A stretch of 64,000 bases of DNA, taken from positions 93,971-157,970 of the forward strand of contig JBGUGD010000038.1 of the NCBI GenBank assembly GCA_041697335.1, given 5' to 3'. The notes beneath the pieces were generated by a model, which saw only the letters and a list, made by a program, of their open reading frames with translations, did not search any database and had not been told where the DNA came from. Positions 49,782 through 60,599 of this stretch are shown in pieces. The number at the start of each line of letters is the position of its first letter. The first letter of the stretch is position 1. The translations under genes were made by a program, and so were the position numbers. This DNA comes from Vampirovibrionaceae bacterium NZW_1234 (GTDB lineage Bacteria > Cyanobacteriota > Vampirovibrionia > Vampirovibrionales > JAGQHJ01).

Positions 49782-50816
49782 ATGGTAAGTTCTCTTGGCC
49801 TTGGCCAGCAGATTAACTATAACTTTGCGCCAGCGGTGATTAGCAACCGTCGTATCTCTGGGACGAACCAGAATCCGTTTACGCTTGTTTCTTCCCAAGC
49901 GCAGAGCCCCTCAACCGTAGCACCCAATAACCTCATGATGCTACTGTCCATGATGTTTCTGGGACGTCTCTTCAAGTCCGGCAACTCAGAGTGGGACTCC
50001 GGTCGTGATGAATGTCCGGTGGTCACGTGTGATCCGTGTTGCCCAGAGCCAGCACCACAACCTTCATGGCCTCAACCAGTACAACCCTATAATCCGGGTG
50101 GCAGACCTTCCAGTTTTACCGAACTTACCCCAGTAGGCCCCGCACCTCAACCGGTTCCAGCGCCTACACCCATTCCTGTTCCGGCACCAACGCCGGTGCC
50201 CCAACCGGCGCCTTCTCCTGCAGATCCATACCGGACCCCAGGCTCAAAGAAAATGAATATCAATGTCATCAAACAGTATGACAATGAATCCTGTGGTCCT
50301 GCCTGTATGACCATGATTTTAAACGCCTTTGGCAAAAATGTAACTGAGCGCCAAATTGATGATCAAATTCGGGCACATAAAAACGAAGGTCTTTCGCCCA
50401 GCAGATTATTGGATGGCGCTCGGATGAACGGTGCCAACGGGACCATTTTGAATAATTCTAATTTCGCTGAAATTCGTGAGAATCTCGATGCCAATAACCA
50501 AATGATTGCGTTTGTTCGGAACAACTCCGGCGGTTCCCATTTTGTTGTTATTAGCGGCTATACGGTCTCTGATGATGGCGAAATTTCGTTGGAAATTTCT
50601 GATCCGTGGACCGGCAGAAAATCCACCATGGATTACGACAAGTTTGAACGGGACTATTGGACCAATATCCCTGATGGCTCTCGTGACTCCGGGTTCGACA
50701 AATGCATCATCGTATTTTCCGATCGTAATACCTTGCCCCAGCAGCGGCTGAGCGGCAAAGCCTTTGAAACCGATAGTCGCTGGTACCAAATGAATACACG
50801 TCCTCTGGCCGCATAA
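49782..50816 (+). CDS. C39-like peptidase paralogue with Pro-rich linker
   Basis: QYDNESCGPACMTM, HFVV, ISDP; shares the RLSGK..ETD..W C-terminus with the upstream gene. Confidence 0.85.
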   Translation: MVSSLGLGQQINYNFAPAVISNRRISGTNQNPFTLVSSQAQSPSTVAPNNLMMLLSMMFLGRLFKSGNSEWDSGRDECPVVTCDPCCPEPAPQPSWPQPVQPYNPGGRPSSFTELTPVGPAPQPVPAPTPIPVPAPTPVPQPAPSPADPYRTPGSKKMNINVIKQYDNESCGPACMTMILNAFGKNVTERQIDDQIRAHKNEGLSPSRLLDGARMNGANGTILNNSNFAEIRENLDANNQMIAFVRNNSGGSHFVVISGYTVSDDGEISLEISDPWTGRKSTMDYDKFERDYWTNIPDGSRDSGFDKCIIVFSDRNTLPQQRLSGKAFETDSRWYQMNTRPLAA

Positions 50817-51007
50817 TAACGGCGAAAGCATCAGGTATAAACTAGCAAATAAACATTATCTTGGATATTTGCTGTAAGGCACTGATGAACAAAAGCGAAC
50901 GTTTTATCTAATGCTTTTGAAAGACCATGAAAACTCCCTAGCACAACTTTTTCTTGAGGCGCATTCATACCGGAACAGTCGCCCCAATTCAAGGAGTGTT
51001 AGAGAGA

Positions 51008-53080
51008 ATGTCTTTGGATGTGAAACCCTTGGCCGGACATGATCGTTCGAATTTTCGTGAGAAGCGACCTGACATTCCTGTACAAGGCTTGCCCTCCCAG
51101 GCAAATGCACTGAACGATCAATTTTCATCGAATCATCTTCGGTCCAGCGAGTTGGCTCCAGTTCGCTTTGGAGCAGCGCGACCCCAAAAATTCCAGGAGA
51201 TGGCAATCAGACGCGTAGGACTTGCCCTCAATGAAAGACTCTCAGACTGGAAAAGTACGGTTGATCCAGATTATAAGAGCTTTATTCCAGACTTTGAACT
51301 AGCGACAAAGGATACCCTTCTCCTGTTACCTGAAAATAGTCTTGCTGGCGCTTATTTAGGGACCACAGACAAGATGATATATAGTGCCCAAGCGGCATAT
51401 ACAGGTTACCCAATCGAACAACTGGCCTCTCATGAAGGGTTCCATGCGCTCTCAAACATCAAACGACGGCATCTGGCAATTCATGACAATAGTATTGTCA
51501 CGCCATTGATTATTGATGAGCTTATCAGCCGGATCACTGACGGGGAAAGCATGCCTAAACTCTTAGCCGGGTTTGATTTCCATGTGGATCCGAAAGAAAA
51601 ACCACCCTTTGATATTACCGAAGCAGATATTCCCACACTGGAAGTATGGAGTGGCGGAGCAGTTAAAATATTGTTATCTAGCTCAAAATTTATTGATCCC
51701 TCTTCCTATCGCCTGACGGATGCCGGAAAAGAAAAACTTATTTCTCTGATGACCCCGGATGTGACCGACCTCTTAAAAAGAAATGCCCCTCACCTATCCC
51801 CTCAGGAAGCCGTCGTTCAAGGGTTTAATTATCAGCTTACAACCTTTAAGCGCATGTCCCCCAAGATTGTTGATAAGCCTTATCTGCCCACTGATTTCAG
51901 GCGCCCATTGGCAGACTGTATGCGACAAATCCTGACTCAACCGGATCGGTATACTGACCGTCCCTCCTGGGAAGTACAACGAATTAACGATCATGGCAAA
52001 AAGCAAATTAAGGCACTTCTGGACCATCCTGCGGCGGCTGAATTTATTCAACAATTTGGGAACACCGATGAGGCTGAAAAGAACTTATTAACCTATGCGG
52101 ATTCGATCTATTACCGCTTTTACATCGCCGATCGCAGCACCCATACCAAGTTACCGTCGGCCAAAGAGCAAGCTCTGGGTAAAATTCCCCTAACAGCAGA
52201 AAAACGAGATGAGGGTATAAAGGCCGTCAAAGGCCTTGTGTCAACGCTTGAGGGTAATTTGATGGTTATTCTTTCAAGCCTGGTCACACAGCCTGAGTAT
52301 AAATTGGCATATTCCCTGGTGGCTTATGAGGAACGAAAAGCACGAGAAGAATCGTATCGGTTCCATCTGGACCAGGTAAACAAGGAACTCGATATTTTTG
52401 CAAAATCCAAAGCGAAAATGATGGATATGGGCACGTTCAAACGTATCAGCGAACTTAAGACCCAAAAAGAGCAACTCACTAATAATTTAACGATGATGCC
52501 GCTCCTGGATCGGTTTGTCGATCTGATGCGTCAAATGGATATTGCTCCAGCCAGTCCTGAAACCTTGGAAAAGATCCGCACCCTGGAATCAACCCAACAA
52601 GAACTGAAACAGAAGCAATCAGAATTGAAGCAATTACAGTCAAAGCTGAGCGAGCGAACAGGGCAATCCGAAAATGAAACACGGATACAGGATGATAGTG
52701 GTCACGTGGTTATCTCCTCTTCTCGCGTCCTGGATCCTGAAGAAACAAGAGTATTTATGGAATTGAAAGATATCAAGCAGCAAATTTCTCAAAACATGCA
52801 AAGCCTTCGCCAACTGAGGCAACCGGACCAACGCCTTGCGGACACCCCGGCAAATCAACTCTTGAAAGATCAGTATTTTGAAGTCCTGAATAAGCTACAA
52901 GCCCTTTATCCCAAATGTACCAAGGAGCTTCAACAAGACTATTCTCCCATTCAACAGCTTGGGCCTAATGTAGGTCTTAGCGGTTCAACGGATATAGCAG
53001 ACGTAATCGGCACACTTGACTTAAGCCAAGCCAAAAAAATCAGGATCGACTGGGACGGAGACGAGTCTCCTACGAGCTAG
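51008..53080 (+). CDS. Large hypothetical protein with HExxH motif, coiled coils and N-terminal VRFG
   Basis: SHEGFHA; AYEERKARE; heptad repeats. Confidence 0.75.
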   Translation: MSLDVKPLAGHDRSNFREKRPDIPVQGLPSQANALNDQFSSNHLRSSELAPVRFGAARPQKFQEMAIRRVGLALNERLSDWKSTVDPDYKSFIPDFELATKDTLLLLPENSLAGAYLGTTDKMIYSAQAAYTGYPIEQLASHEGFHALSNIKRRHLAIHDNSIVTPLIIDELISRITDGESMPKLLAGFDFHVDPKEKPPFDITEADIPTLEVWSGGAVKILLSSSKFIDPSSYRLTDAGKEKLISLMTPDVTDLLKRNAPHLSPQEAVVQGFNYQLTTFKRMSPKIVDKPYLPTDFRRPLADCMRQILTQPDRYTDRPSWEVQRINDHGKKQIKALLDHPAAAEFIQQFGNTDEAEKNLLTYADSIYYRFYIADRSTHTKLPSAKEQALGKIPLTAEKRDEGIKAVKGLVSTLEGNLMVILSSLVTQPEYKLAYSLVAYEERKAREESYRFHLDQVNKELDIFAKSKAKMMDMGTFKRISELKTQKEQLTNNLTMMPLLDRFVDLMRQMDIAPASPETLEKIRTLESTQQELKQKQSELKQLQSKLSERTGQSENETRIQDDSGHVVISSSRVLDPEETRVFMELKDIKQQISQNMQSLRQLRQPDQRLADTPANQLLKDQYFEVLNKLQALYPKCTKELQQDYSPIQQLGPNVGLSGSTDIADVIGTLDLSQAKKIRIDWDGDESPTS

Positions 53081-53093
53081 TCACACCCGAAAA

Positions 53094-54953
53094 CTAGGCA
53101 TTTGCCAGTAACGCTTCTGCGGCAGGCATTTTTACGTCGGTGAAGATTTTCGGATTCTTGCGGATTTCCAGTATCGTTTTGGCAAAGTGTTCCATGCGGT
53201 CATCCCACACAAAGTACTTTTCCACGTAGGTCTTGGCTTTGGCCTCGCTGCCTTCGAGCTGTACATCCACAATGTCAGCCAACATGGCACGAGCGGCTTC
53301 GTGCATCTTTTCGGGAATCACTTTCAGGCGCTTTTGGTCGTCAAGGACAACAGCCCCCTGGTTGAAAAAGTATTGGGCTTGCATCACACTGCGCACCGGG
53401 TAGGGCTGCTGCAAGGTCGGCTTTTTGATGGGGAAATTATCAAAGGCCCAGGTTGTATAAATGGAGTGAGCTTCTTTTTCGGTTAGCTCGCCTTTCTTCA
53501 GCAAGTGATCGACCATGAACATCGACATAATGTCGGCTTTGTTTTCTTCCACAATATCACCGTAAGCACCCAAGGCACCTTTTTTATCGCTGCCGGAAGC
53601 CGTGGTCTTTGGCCCTAAGGAATGCCCAAGCTCATGACCAATGGTGGTAAGATGGTCCGCGAGGTCATCATCGTAAAGATGATGCTGCTCCGGCACCAAC
53701 AATGCATTGAGCATCTTCGGCAAGAGGGTCGGGTCGGAAGGCGGGGCCATGCGAATTTGACGATGGAATACATTACGTCGGCCACCCCCCAAGGTGGTAT
53801 AGATTTTATCGTCGTTGGGCAAGTTCTGGGCCAGAGTCACCCCGGTTTTCTTGCTGGCGTAATCACCGGCAATGTAAAGTAAATCAACATCCACCATGGA
53901 TTGTTTCACTTGATCCGCAGAGCTAACATTGTCAAAATCTTGCTTGTACTCGTTACTCCGTGGAATTTGAGGGGCCACTTCATGGAGATGGCGACGGTAT
54001 TTTGCAAACAGCTCCTGGCCTTCTCGGTTGACAATACCTACTCGCACCCCAATCATGTCTTTACTTTTGGGGGAAATATTGAGTTCGGCCAAAAGTTTTG
54101 CCACTCGAGGGTCGGAAGCCACACTGGCCGTCAGATTATCTTCATAGGACTCACGGCCAATCGTAAATTCCAGTGGGGTATCTTCCAGTTTGGCCCACGC
54201 TTCGTCGGCTTGATAAGCATAGACAGGATCGGTACTCACCAGTGCAGCCGCCTGAAGTTTCAAGTATTTCGCAAAATCAGCATTGGTGGTAACCCGAGCG
54301 GCTTGTTGCAGTTCACGGGCCGCTTGTTCATACTCTTCACGAAACGTGACGGCATAGGGGATTGCCTCCAGCCGGTTACCATTTCGGACCACAATGGTGT
54401 CGTTGCTGAGAATCGGAGCAGCTTGCTCAGGGTGCTTCAGGATGTAGTTGATCAACTCTTTTTTGGTAATATCCGAGGGATAAAGTCCCAGTCCTTTTTC
54501 CGGCTTCTGGCCCTTGATCAGGCGAATGACTTTATTGGTCAGTCGATGGAAGCCATTGATGCTGTTAAAGGATTGAAAGAAGAAAAACGCTTTCTGGGCG
54601 TGGCTGTCTCCAGCTTCAGCAGCCTCTTGTAACGCCTTCTTCACGGGAATATTTTCTTTGTGATCCTGCTTTAAAAACACCTGATCCAGCGCTTGAGCGG
54701 CCCGAACCAAGTGAACGAGGGCCTTGCGATCTCCCTCACTCAGCCGGAGAATACTGCTTCCAGGAACATCAAATACAAATGTTCGTGTATTATTTGCCTT
54801 CCATTCGTCCAGTTTCTTTTCAGGCACCCCAATTTTATAAGGTCCATAGGACTTGGCCTTTTTCCCGGCAAATAAAACCGATGTGTTGCCAAGGGAACTG
54901 GTGTTATTCATCAAATGAGGTTGCATGCGCATTACCGGGAATGTCGTTTGCAT
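53094..54953 (-). CDS. Dipeptidyl peptidase III-like (M49) zinc peptidase
   Basis: AQNLPND, GHELGH, EENKAD; N-terminal extension ending VLFAG. Confidence 0.85.
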   Translation of the reverse strand: MQTTFPVMRMQPHLMNNTSSLGNTSVLFAGKKAKSYGPYKIGVPEKKLDEWKANNTRTFVFDVPGSSILRLSEGDRKALVHLVRAAQALDQVFLKQDHKENIPVKKALQEAAEAGDSHAQKAFFFFQSFNSINGFHRLTNKVIRLIKGQKPEKGLGLYPSDITKKELINYILKHPEQAAPILSNDTIVVRNGNRLEAIPYAVTFREEYEQAARELQQAARVTTNADFAKYLKLQAAALVSTDPVYAYQADEAWAKLEDTPLEFTIGRESYEDNLTASVASDPRVAKLLAELNISPKSKDMIGVRVGIVNREGQELFAKYRRHLHEVAPQIPRSNEYKQDFDNVSSADQVKQSMVDVDLLYIAGDYASKKTGVTLAQNLPNDDKIYTTLGGGRRNVFHRQIRMAPPSDPTLLPKMLNALLVPEQHHLYDDDLADHLTTIGHELGHSLGPKTTASGSDKKGALGAYGDIVEENKADIMSMFMVDHLLKKGELTEKEAHSIYTTWAFDNFPIKKPTLQQPYPVRSVMQAQYFFNQGAVVLDDQKRLKVIPEKMHEAARAMLADIVDVQLEGSEAKAKTYVEKYFVWDDRMEHFAKTILEIRKNPKIFTDVKMPAAEALLANA

Positions 54954-55125
54954 CCACTGCACTCCTATACACTTTTCTAGATCAGTCACGTTGAGTGCCA
55001 TAATCTCAAAAACAATCTCAAAGGCAAACAAAATATATAGATTTATGAAATGATTTATTCATAAATCTTTATATCAATTAAATGCCAATATTGAAGGCAG
55101 AATGGTGAAGTTCGTTAAAGACAAG

Positions 55126-56010
55126 CTAGCCGACGTATTCGGTAATTTTCTGGTTCCAGTAGGTTTGAGCCTTTAAAATTGTCTGCTTCACCTTCTCCGG
55201 ATCGTTTTTCAAGTCAGCCACGGAAATTCGTATTGACTGATGCTTGGCAGAATCGGAACCCGGCACATACATTTCAGCGTCGGGAGCAAAATGAAAGCCC
55301 ATATTCTTAAACCGAAAATCTAATGAAAAATCCGCCAATGGGCGAGGGTCAAACTCTTGATTCAGTTCACGGTATTTTTCCATATCGGTTTCCAGCAAGG
55401 TATTTAAATCAGTGCCTTTTTCCTCCAGAAAAGTTTCAAAATCACGATCTTTGAACTGAAAATTCGCCTGGTACCATTTATAGTCTTTCTGTTGTGAAAA
55501 GGCTTGCTGAACCTCAGGGTCAGCCAATATTCCTGATAACCTGTGTAAGGCATCAAGCGATTCCGCACTTAGACGATCTCGGGTGTTCTTACCCTGGATG
55601 AGTTCTTCTAAAATCCAACCACGGACGGAATAGGTATCCTGAAATTTCTTTAAGCTGCCTATTACCTTGCCCACCTGAGCCATATGGTCAATATTCGATT
55701 GAAGACGTTTAATGATCTTGGCAGACTGGTTCGATATCTCCGCAGGAGCAATATTAATACCTTTAATGCCATCTGGACGGCAATACAGCTTTTTCGTTTG
55801 GGTTTCCAGTCTGATTTTCCCTTCTCGGCCCAATTCCTTGTGAACAATGACGATGACATCATCTTCAGGTGTGTTCAGCAAGGGCTTCAATTCCGGAGAA
55901 TCAAAGACGGTTTTGAGATCAGCATAAGATTTCCGCCCATCAACATCATCTTTTCTACCAAATAATCCGGGCACAAATCCACTCAAGCTGGCGCCAAACC
56001 GAAGATGCAT
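55126..56010 (-). CDS. Hypothetical protein beginning MHLRFG
   Basis: GGAG RBS; 294 aa. Confidence 0.7.
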   Translation of the reverse strand: MHLRFGASLSGFVPGLFGRKDDVDGRKSYADLKTVFDSPELKPLLNTPEDDVIVIVHKELGREGKIRLETQTKKLYCRPDGIKGINIAPAEISNQSAKIIKRLQSNIDHMAQVGKVIGSLKKFQDTYSVRGWILEELIQGKNTRDRLSAESLDALHRLSGILADPEVQQAFSQQKDYKWYQANFQFKDRDFETFLEEKGTDLNTLLETDMEKYRELNQEFDPRPLADFSLDFRFKNMGFHFAPDAEMYVPGSDSAKHQSIRISVADLKNDPEKVKQTILKAQTYWNQKITEYVG

Positions 56011-56066
56011 AACACGTCACTCCATCTGTTTTTGAGAAATTCTATCGAGAAAAAACCCGTCAATCT

Positions 56067-57263
56067 TCAAAATTGCCCACCCTCAAGCGAAGGGCTATGA
56101 CTTGCCCATATCGCATTGATTTGCGCCTCTGTAACTGCCTCAACCACAGCGCGATAGAAAGGCGAAAGAGCATCCGGATGCAGTACCGGTTCCTGGGGAA
56201 TAGAAGCAGGCGGATCGGAATCTAAGTGAATCGGGGTCGCTGTCGAAAAGGCAATAACCCCATCGCCGCTCGTCGTGTCCATGGTACTCCCCATGGCACC
56301 AATCCCCAAACCGGCCCGAAGCGCTAACTGGCGCAGTTGGGTTGGAATTAAGGGGGCGTTTGTGGCAATCACCACAATAATAGACCCTTGACGTTGCGGC
56401 TTCGTAGATTCTCGATGGACACGATCCTGGTCATCTTGTTGTTTCAATGCCTCAAGGGAGCGCCCGAGCTTTTGCTCCAAAGCCTGACGAACTATGGGAT
56501 TCATTGTGTTGAATCGACTATGATTAGCATTAACCAGAACACCAACCGTGTAATTCTCCCGGTTTAGGGTAACCTGACGAGACGCCGTCCCAATCCCCGC
56601 GTGGAGTTCGAACGATCGCATGCCTGTCCCCGCCCCGACACGTCCTTGAAGCACCCTATCTGAGCGGGCAGACTCCAAAGCCCTGACAGCGGTCTCCGGT
56701 TGAATCGTGTTCAGGGCTTCAATCGTATTGAAGACGCCATCATAACATTCCCCAATCACCGGCAAGAGCCCCGGCCACCGAGTGCTTCCTCTGGTTTCAC
56801 CGGGATAATGTTTGAGGAAATAGCTGAAGACACCGGTATGTACAGCACCCACGGAGTAGGTGTTGGAAAGCATTATAGGCGAATTCAGGATTCCAGATGT
56901 TTGTAGCGGTCCTAAGCCGGTCAATTCCCCATTTCCGTTTAACATCAAACCATCCGCCCAAAGACCAAGTGTCGCCAGATCGTGAGGATGAGGCATTATT
57001 GCCGTCACACCGGTGCGAATCGTGACAGGTTTATCCTGACGTATCGTGACATGCCCTACAGAAACCCCGGGCACATCGGTAATGGCATTTAAGGGACCGG
57101 GCAAATACTGCCACTGGGGAAGCACAATACGGTTTTCAGAAGAGGAGGGTCGAATACCGCTGAAATAATCGTCTTGGTCTGCCGCTTGAGAAACGCCCAA
57201 CAGCGCCAGAATCATAATGATGAAAATGGCCAGGAATTGACGACATTGATTCTGTGGTTTCAT
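56067..57263 (-). CDS. DmpA/P1 (S58) family aminopeptidase with signal peptide
   Basis: GPLNAITDVPGVSVGH, NGNGELTG, GAGTGM, QGSIIVVIATNAPL, SGD. Confidence 0.9.
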   Translation of the reverse strand: MKPQNQCRQFLAIFIIMILALLGVSQAADQDDYFSGIRPSSSENRIVLPQWQYLPGPLNAITDVPGVSVGHVTIRQDKPVTIRTGVTAIMPHPHDLATLGLWADGLMLNGNGELTGLGPLQTSGILNSPIMLSNTYSVGAVHTGVFSYFLKHYPGETRGSTRWPGLLPVIGECYDGVFNTIEALNTIQPETAVRALESARSDRVLQGRVGAGTGMRSFELHAGIGTASRQVTLNRENYTVGVLVNANHSRFNTMNPIVRQALEQKLGRSLEALKQQDDQDRVHRESTKPQRQGSIIVVIATNAPLIPTQLRQLALRAGLGIGAMGSTMDTTSGDGVIAFSTATPIHLDSDPPASIPQEPVLHPDALSPFYRAVVEAVTEAQINAIWASHSPSLEGGQF

Positions 57264-57310
57264 CGGGTAACTTACCGTCCTCTCTCATCATCTGGCCCAG
57301 CCAACACAGT

Positions 57311-59736
57311 CTATGCGGATTTCGTTTTTCTCGAAACACTTCTTTTTAATAATTGTTCTTGAGCTGCTTTCGAGGCTTTATCCCATAACGCCTGCCAACT
57401 GTCACAGCCAATACTTTTCAGTTTTTCCATAATCGAAGGGGATTCAAAAAGAGCCTCAATGTCTTTGGGGTCCTGAAGCGTTTCCTTTTCCGCCATGGTC
57501 ATAATAATTTCCTGCCTTACCTCAGGAGGAACCATCTGGATAAACATTCGGGTTTCCTGGTAAAGCGCATCAATTTTACGAGATCAATAAAGCGCTCTGC
57601 ACGTCGGCGCGTTCTGTCGGAAGGCCATACCAACCCATGCGAAGTCTCCCAGGGAGATAAATCTAAATCGCCCACTTCCTTGCGGTAGAAGGTATATTCC
57701 GTGACGGCGTGTCTCATGGACTTGTTGACATGTTTCCAATCGTTGGAGGCGCCACTGCTCACATGTTCGTCTCCACCGTAAAACACTTCTTCTGCCGCCC
57801 GGCCTGCCAAAGCAACACGCTGAAGATTTTCAAAGTATTCCCGGGTTAAGCCATACTGGGGCAACTTTTCCACATCCAGACCCACCATCCCCATGGCCGT
57901 CATCCCGGACAAGTGACGTGGAACGATACTGATATAATCAAAAGGCACTTTTCTTGCCCAAGCCACCAAGGCATGGCCAACGGCTTCGTGTCCGGCAGTT
58001 CGTTGCTTTTCAGCTTCATCGATTTGAATGCCTTCTTTTTCCAACCCATGACGCCGGTTATCAATTTCTTTTAAGAAGTCTTCTTCAATGATTTCAGGCT
58101 CTTCCATGGGCTCCTTCACACGCAGTACTGAATTAATGGCAGCCTGGTTAGTAATAGAAGCAATTTCAGCCCCAACGGCCCCTGCGCCCATTTTACGGGC
58201 AATTTTGAGCGTATCCAGCCCCGGGGCCACGCGCTTGCCCTTCAAATGGACCTTTAAAATTCGCTCCCGCTCTTCTGGCGTAACCGGACCTCTGACAGCA
58301 ATCTTGCGATCAAAGCGGCCATCGCGAATGAAGGCCGGATCCAGCAAATCGGCACGATTGGTCGTCGCAAAGACCATAACGTTTTGAAGTTCGTTAAACC
58401 CATCCAATTCGGACAAGAACTGATTAATGGTGGCATTTTTCTCCTGACTGCCACCATCCTGATGGCCATCCCGAGTGGTGGCAAGCCCATCCAACTCATC
58501 AATCATTAAGATGACAGGGCCCTTTTTGGCAGCCTCGCGTATCTGGGCGAACAATTCACGAACCCGAGAAGCCCCCACACCCACAAATTTTTCAATAAAC
58601 TCAGACCCGTTGACATAAAAGAACGGGCACTTGGCTTCATTGGCAATGGCTTTCACCAACATTGTTTTACCCGTCCCCGGTGGGCCTTCAAGCAGCACAC
58701 CTTTGGGGAGTTTGGCACCATTCAGAATTTCTTTCAGATCCGGCTGACCTTCATCAGACACTTCTTTGGCTTGCGCGTACTCCGCTTGAATCTTTTTCAG
58801 GATGGTCAACAAATCCTGAATCTGCTTGACCACCTCTTCCATCCCGGCGACATCCTCCATGGTGACCTTTGGAATTTCGCCCTGAGCCACTTCCTTGGAC
58901 TTTGATTTGCCCAACACCGGATCTTTCTCATACGAATTACGAGACTTCCGGTACATATACACACTCAAGCCGATACCTGTAATAAACAGGCTTAGAAAGG
59001 CAATGTTCCACCAGGTTTGGGAATCCACTTTGGAAAATACGCCGGAATTGGACGATAATGCTGGATCCAGCCTATCCATAGCGGGGCCACTGGCCAGCGT
59101 AACCCCACGGGCAGGATCGCGACGCTCGAATACAATATCCGAATCTTTCAGCTGCTGCATCATTTTCTGAGCTTCAAGACGACGTTGCTCAAAGAGGCGA
59201 AAGGCGTCCGGATTCATGGCCGGATTTAACCCGAAATTGCCGGGATGATGCAGGCCCTGCATAAAAACGGCCTGGACCTTATCCGACAAATCCTGGGAAA
59301 AGTACCGGGTGTGGCCATCTTTGTATTGTAACTGCCATGTATCTCCCTCAATAACGACTTTGGCCACTTCCTTTCGCATCATCGCCTGAATGACTTCATC
59401 GGCAGAGACAATAAAGCGTTTCTCATTTGGGTCACGGCGAGCGCTGATGGAGGGTATCCTGTCTTGCCACGCTCCGCCCCCCTGCGCTTGTGCATCGTTG
59501 GTAACACCCAATAGCCCAAGTAAAGAAGATAGAACCATGGGAGTAAAGTATGCCGGAGTTTTCGATTTTTCAGACACACGAGCATGACCCCGACCGAACG
59601 CCATCGGTTGGGATTTACGAATATCCTTATTCAGGGATAAACGAGAGGTGACACGTGGAGTCACGTTTAGAGGAGACGCTATTATCACTCGCCCTTTTTC
59701 CAGCATTCCCAAAGTGTTATTTGAGAGAGTCAGCAC
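57311..59736 (-). pseudogene. FtsH paralogue split by a frameshift near 57580 (or a sequencing error)
   Basis: GPPGTGKT, MIDELD, RDGRFDR, HEAVGH, GASND; the FtsH-type C-terminus (AEKETL) continues in another frame at 57311-57547. Confidence 0.75.
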
Positions 59737-59863
59737 AACGACCGAAGGCGAGCATCATAAACCAAACCGATGCCAAACTCAAATTGCAATTCAGGTTTTA
59801 ATAAAAATTGTTAAATTCCGCTTAACCCAACTCGGGATCAGTGTGACCAATTGGCCTTTGGGC

Positions 59864-60529
59864 CTATTCAACTCTGTTGTGTCCCCAGACATCACGATGA
59901 TCCTTCCCTGCTCCCGCCGTTACCAAATGAAGGATCCCCTGCTCGCTTAGCTGTTTTAATTGTGAGGGTCCTGCATTACGGATGCGGCCATAGAATCCCA
60001 GGTTTCGTCGACTTTGGTTGGCCCGCTGGAACTGGGAGTCAATTTGATAAACTTCATAGGCCCCGGTATGGCGATGAATAAAAATAGCATGCCCAGGAGC
60101 CAGGGTTGTATCAACATCGGGATAGGCGCCATGTGGCCGGGTAAAATGATTCCAGGGGACTTCAGAAAAGCTCATGGTCCGATTTCGCTCAACATCACTA
60201 TAGCGGGATGCCTGCTCGTAAAATCGCTCCAGGGCAGCAATCATGTAAAACTTAGTTACCATACCATTTTCAGGGGGAGGTAATTGCTTCATAAATCGAA
60301 TCGCTTCATTCACCCATACTGCTCGTCCGTGTTGAAACAACTCCGGAGGCAGTTTTTTTTGCAGCAGGGCTTGTTCAAACCCGTGGTTCACACGTTCCTG
60401 GATGTTGGAACGGGAAATCGTGGGAACGGAATTCGCATTCACATTCACTGAAACCTGCTCAAGCGCACTGGTGTGTCCAAAACGCATGCGGCTGGCAGTG
60501 GACCTAAAGGCGGGCTGTGTTAAGAGCAT
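59864..60529 (-). CDS. Hypothetical protein with N-terminal MRFG motif
   Basis: AGGAG RBS; begins MLLTQPAFRSTASRMRFG. Confidence 0.7.
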   Translation of the reverse strand: MLLTQPAFRSTASRMRFGHTSALEQVSVNVNANSVPTISRSNIQERVNHGFEQALLQKKLPPELFQHGRAVWVNEAIRFMKQLPPPENGMVTKFYMIAALERFYEQASRYSDVERNRTMSFSEVPWNHFTRPHGAYPDVDTTLAPGHAIFIHRHTGAYEVYQIDSQFQRANQSRRNLGFYGRIRNAGPSQLKQLSEQGILHLVTAGAGKDHRDVWGHNRVE

Positions 60530-60599
60530 ATGAGGTTCGACTCCTGCTGGCGGGTAAATCCTGCGATTATAAAACCAGCAGAGAATGAAATGTTGCGCC

